Positions 13,873 through 16,094 of a stretch of 16,094 nucleotides of DNA are shown here, one piece after another. The number at the start of each line of letters is the position of its first letter. The stretch's first letter is position 1. The notes under the pieces are model-generated. The model was not told the origin of the DNA, ran no database searches, and saw nothing but the letters and a program-made list of their open reading frames with translations. The stretch spans positions 1 to 16,094 of the forward strand of contig JAZDIZ010000008.1 of assembly GCA_043804515.1 (NCBI GenBank), written 5' to 3'. Source of the stretch: Pseudomonadota bacterium. Lineage in GTDB: Bacteria; Bdellovibrionota_G; JALEGL01; DATDPG01. The position numbers and the translations under genes were made by a program.

Positions 13873-15246
13873 ATGGGCGTCTCGGTTGGCCAGGACCGGC
13901 CGGATTTAAGACGTGTTTTGGGACTCTGGGACTCCGTGGCGATCATCGTAGGCGTGATCGTGGGATCCGGGATCTTTTTCGCTCCCACGGCGGTCGCCCA
14001 GTATCTTCCCCACACGGGGACTATCTTGTGCGTGTGGCTCCTGGCGGGTCTGACCGCGTTGAGCGGCGCGCTCACGTATGCGGAGCTGGGGGCAAGGTGG
14101 CCGCATACGGGTGGTATGTACGTCTTCATCCGGGAATGTTTCGGGCCGCTTCCCAGCTTCATCTATGGCTGGGGGCAACTTCTGATCGCGCGCCCCGCCA
14201 GCGTGGCGGCCATCTCGGTCGTATGCGCCCAATACGTGGCCTTCTTCGTGCCCGTTCCCACGTTCGGGATCAAGCTCCTGGCCGTCACGGCCATTCTGAT
14301 TGTTTCCATCATCAATTACCTGGGCGTGCGGCTGACCAGCGTCGTGCAGAACTTCCTGACCTCCATCAAGGTCCTCGCATTGATGTTGATCGCCGTGGCG
14401 GCGCTCGTTTTCTACCGAAACATCGGGGGAGGGACGGCGGCCGAGGTGTTTCCGAATACGCTTCAACTGTCTTTCTGGAGCGCCTTTGGCCTGGCTCTTG
14501 TCGTGGCGTTCTGGGCGTCGGACGGCTGGAGCGAAATCACGAACGTGGCCGGTGAAATCCGCGACCCCGCAAGAACCATTCCTCTGGCCCTTTTGATCGG
14601 CACGGTTCTGATCGTCGTGCTTTATATGCTAGTGAACGGCGCATACCTTCATGTCCTGGGTGTGTCCGGCGTTCAAGCCTCGGACCGTGTGGCGGCGGAT
14701 ACCATGATTCGCGTTCTGGGCCCCTTGGGAGGCAGTCTGATTTCCATCGCCGTCGTGATTTCCACGCTCGGAAGTTTGAACGGCACTACGCTCACGGGCC
14801 CGAGAATTTATTTCGCCATGGCCGTGGACGGCTTGTTCTTTCCCTGGGCGAAGAAGGTGGATCCGAAGTATCGGAGCCCCTCGATCGCCATCGCGCTTCA
14901 GGCGTTGCTGGCGGTCCCACTCGTCATCACGTGGAGGTTCGAACAGCTGGCCACATTCTTCGTATTTGTTTCACTGATCTTTTATGCGCTGGTGGCGTCG
15001 GCCGTCTTCCGGCTGCGGCGCATGCCGGGCGTCCCGGCGGCCGGAGGCTACAAGACCTGGGGATACCCGGTTACGCCGGTGTTCTTTCTGTTGGTGGCGG
15101 CGGGAATCCTCATCAACACGGCCGTGCGCGCGCCGCTCCAAGCAATCATGACGTTCGCGATTCTTCTTTCAGGCGTTCCCGTGTTTTTCCTTTGGAAGGG
15201 CAGGCGGAAGGAAAGCCTTATTTCTTCGGACCGAACTGACGCTTGA
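13873..15246 (+). CDS. APC-family amino acid permease (LAT/SteT-like)
   Basis: IVGSGIF, YAELG..PHTGGMY, GEIRDPARTIP, PRIYFAMA.DGLFF, YKTWGYP; ~12 TMs. AAGGAG RBS precedes ATG 13873, preferred over TTG 13828. Confidence 0.93.
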   Translation: MGVSVGQDRPDLRRVLGLWDSVAIIVGVIVGSGIFFAPTAVAQYLPHTGTILCVWLLAGLTALSGALTYAELGARWPHTGGMYVFIRECFGPLPSFIYGWGQLLIARPASVAAISVVCAQYVAFFVPVPTFGIKLLAVTAILIVSIINYLGVRLTSVVQNFLTSIKVLALMLIAVAALVFYRNIGGGTAAEVFPNTLQLSFWSAFGLALVVAFWASDGWSEITNVAGEIRDPARTIPLALLIGTVLIVVLYMLVNGAYLHVLGVSGVQASDRVAADTMIRVLGPLGGSLISIAVVISTLGSLNGTTLTGPRIYFAMAVDGLFFPWAKKVDPKYRSPSIAIALQALLAVPLVITWRFEQLATFFVFVSLIFYALVASAVFRLRRMPGVPAAGGYKTWGYPVTPVFFLLVAAGILINTAVRAPLQAIMTFAILLSGVPVFFLWKGRRKESLISSDRTDA

Positions 15247-15463
15247 GAAAAGCCACGATCTCGTCGGATTCCAGAACGGGCGTTCCGTCCACCACGAGAC
15301 AAGGGACTTGGCGTGTTCCGTTCATCTTGATCAATTCGTCGCGATACTCGGGTTCCTCCAGAGCGTCGCGGTACCGGACCCCGGGGATTTGTAATTCGCG
15401 GATCGCGCGCCGGACTTTTTCGCAGTATGGACACGACTCGAAGTGGTAGAGGATCAACTCCAT
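15218..15463 (-). CDS. Glutaredoxin (dithiol CPYC)
   Basis: LYHFESCPYCEKVR, QVPCLVVDG, ESDEIVAFL; overlaps the permease 3' end by 29 nt (convergent). Confidence 0.9.
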   Translation of the reverse strand: MELILYHFESCPYCEKVRRAIRELQIPGVRYRDALEEPEYRDELIKMNGTRQVPCLVVDGTPVLESDEIVAFLKRQFGPKK

Positions 15464-15493
15464 CTATGCTAGATTTTCTACCACAGGTACACC

Positions 15494-16094
15494 TTGAGTT
15501 GGAGAGAGTTTCAGACGACGCTGAAGTCGGCGCCGTTGGATCCCCGCAGCAAGCGGCGAATCCGGACGGCTGTTCTTCTGGGGGCCGGAGGGTTCGCGGG
15601 AGCGGTGTATCTTCTGTTCGGCGTGCAATGGTTCAGCGCTTCGGAGGAAGCGCCGTCCCCGGTGCGCGTGCTGAGTGCGGGAACCCCGAGCGAGAAGCTG
15701 GCTCTGAACGATCTGGTGGATCCGAGGGCCTTACTCGACGGACCGTCCGAATTGCGGGTGGCCCGGGGGAGCGACACCTGGCTGATCAATCTCTCGCTGG
15801 ACGGAAATCTTCAGCGTTTCATTCAGAAGGAACTGGCGCGGAACAAGGTGGATTGGGCCGGCGTTGCGGTCCTGGATCCCTCGACCGGCGAAGTCCTGGC
15901 TCTGGGGTCGCATTCCGAGAAAGAGCCCGGCATCGACAACCTGGCTTTACGCGCCACGTTTCCCGCGGCCTCCGTGTTCAAGATGGTCACGGCGTCGGCG
16001 GCTTTGGAAGAAGGGGGGTATCGCCGGGACAGCACGGTCTCTTTTTCCGGGAACATGTACGGCATCGGCCCGCGGCAGGTCCTTAGAGATTCAG
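15494..16094 (+). CDS. Penicillin-binding transpeptidase (class B-like), runs off the window; absent from the ORF track
   Basis: Manual translation from TTG 15494 (in-frame TAG at 15470): MSWREFQTTLK..., TM AVLLGAGGFAGAVYLLFGV, then LSLDGNLQRFI...VAVLDPSTGEVLAL...NLALRATFPAASVFKMVTASAALE (SxxK = SVFK). Confidence 0.88.
   Translation, partial: MSWREFQTTLKSAPLDPRSKRRIRTAVLLGAGGFAGAVYLLFGVQWFSASEEAPSPVRVLSAGTPSEKLALNDLVDPRALLDGPSELRVARGSDTWLINLSLDGNLQRFIQKELARNKVDWAGVAVLDPSTGEVLALGSHSEKEPGIDNLALRATFPAASVFKMVTASAALEEGGYRRDSTVSFSGNMYGIGPRQVLRDS

Noticed and set aside
15427..16086. 219-aa ORF in the track
   Set aside because: Wrong frame; the overlapping frame from 15494 encodes a clear PBP transpeptidase.

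Overview
GC-rich Gram-negative bacterial chromosome window; a deltaproteobacterial/Bdellovibrionota-like origin is inferred from gene types only. The core backbone has three parts: (1) PBP1B (5'-truncated), a TPR lipoprotein and a stand-alone DEDDy exonuclease; (2) a translationally coupled unit of a small membrane ORF, a 1503-aa metallopeptidase/beta-propeller/Omp85-barrel protein and rlmE; (3) a CHASE2-type histidine kinase, APC amino-acid permease, glutaredoxin and a 3'-truncated PBP transpeptidase. Two accessory hot spots interrupt it, with no transposase or integrase in the window. Hot spot A (3064-4420) has two inverted copies of a ~100-nt structured element with compensatory base changes, bracketing a SIR2-like gene cut just before its catalytic motif at a REP-like repeat. 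Hot spot B (9705-12060) has a ~1.8-kb islet between 28-bp direct repeats carrying a secreted zinc protease-TPR gene with a sigma54-like promoter, followed by a four-helix-bundle gene remnant inside inverted heptamer arrays. All alignments and folds were done by eye; no searches were run.
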